From Nitrospirota bacterium (GTDB taxonomy: Bacteria; JACPQY01): 57,061 nucleotides of DNA. Under the pieces are notes generated by a model, which saw only the letters and a program-made list of their open reading frames with translations, was not told the DNA's origin and searched no databases. Where the stretch lies: NCBI GenBank assembly GCA_016180645.1, contig JACPAV010000034.1, positions 1 through 57,061 on the forward strand, written 5' to 3'. Positions 56,617-57,061 of the stretch are shown one piece after another (the first letter of the stretch is position 1; every line of letters begins with the position of its first letter). A program made the position numbers and the translations under genes.

Positions 56617-56823
56617 CTACCCTTTCCAAATCTTATAAGCGATGAGAAGAAAAAGCAAGATCATGACCACGCCCATGCCCAGGGAAACCAGATATGTTCC
56701 GACACCGATTTCCGCCTTGAGAAAACGCAATCCCGTAGGCGTAGCAACCAGGATCAGGAATGAAATCTCGGCAAGCCTGAGAAAGAACTTCACGAAATCC
56801 GTCCGATCCCTTCCCGCTTCCAT
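56617..56823 (-). CDS. Small two-TM membrane protein (68 aa)
   Basis: Two clear hydrophobic helices with basic flanks; unique sequence between repeat copies. Confidence 0.55.
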   Translation of the reverse strand: MEAGRDRTDFVKFFLRLAEISFLILVATPTGLRFLKAEIGVGTYLVSLGMGVVMILLFLLIAYKIWKG

Positions 56824-57061
56824 CGAGTCCGGCTTCTATCAGGCTGGACATCGCGAGTCAAACGCTTTCATTAGGAGAGAGCCGAAAGCTGATAGCTGGA
56901 TGCTTGTGGGAATGCTCCTTGACGACTCACGCTTCACAATCCACCATTCACCCATGATGCGAGGAACGGGGAAAACCTTTTGTGCTCGTTCAACCCCCCA
57001 TCCTGGCCTTCCCCCTCAAGGGGGGAAGGGGTGGTAGCCGCACCCCCTTGCCGAGGACGGT

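Larger units (their letters stand above)
55323..57061. repeat. Mosaic of repeated palindromic modules, including three ~100-bp direct repeats (55634-55734, 56221-56319, 56963-57061)
   Basis: GGAACGGGGAAAACC...CCTTCCCCCTCAAGGGGGGAAGG...GAGGACGGT three times; other modules duplicated at 55323/55732, 55403/55973 and 55815/56318. Confidence 0.9.

Noticed and set aside
55090-57037. Several 97-321 aa ORFs in the repeat mosaic
   Set aside because: They are translations of the repeat modules (e.g. PHPGLPPQGGKG) in multiple frames
55323-57061. CRISPR array or integron attC array
   Set aside because: Repeats are about 100 bp with 490-640 bp spacing, the spacers are themselves repetitive, no cas or integrase gene is present and attC core motifs are not evident

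Overview
GC-rich bacterial DNA in two parts. (1) About 1-47.6 kb is a large cell-surface glycan island organised as several convergent and divergent operons. It encodes a Wzm/Wzt ABC exporter, a Wzy/O-antigen-ligase-like protein, about 13 GT2/GT4-type glycosyltransferases, about 6 polytopic GT-C-like membrane proteins and 7 SAM methyltransferases. Its nucleotide-sugar enzymes include RfbG-like, RmlC-like, an RmlD-like SDR fused to RfbH/E1, a TPP-dependent YerE-like enzyme, UDP-sulfoquinovose synthase, and a polyprenol-P glycosyltransferase fused to a DegT aminotransferase. (2) About 47.7-57.1 kb is an accessory region with secreted/lipoprotein genes and a WYL-domain regulator whose stop codon lies in the inverted repeat of the first of two tandem RAYT-like (Y1/HUH plus C-terminal HTH) genes. 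Each RAYT-like gene is bracketed by 22-25 bp inverted repeats and followed by a sigma70-type promoter and non-coding sequence. A mosaic of palindromic repeat modules ends the window. At least five families of small inverted-repeat elements (MITE/REPIN-like), including a 74-bp gene-less copy of the RAYT element, sit at gene and operon junctions of the glycan island. No rRNA, tRNA or CRISPR array was recognised. All functional calls come from motif recognition by eye; no database searches were run.
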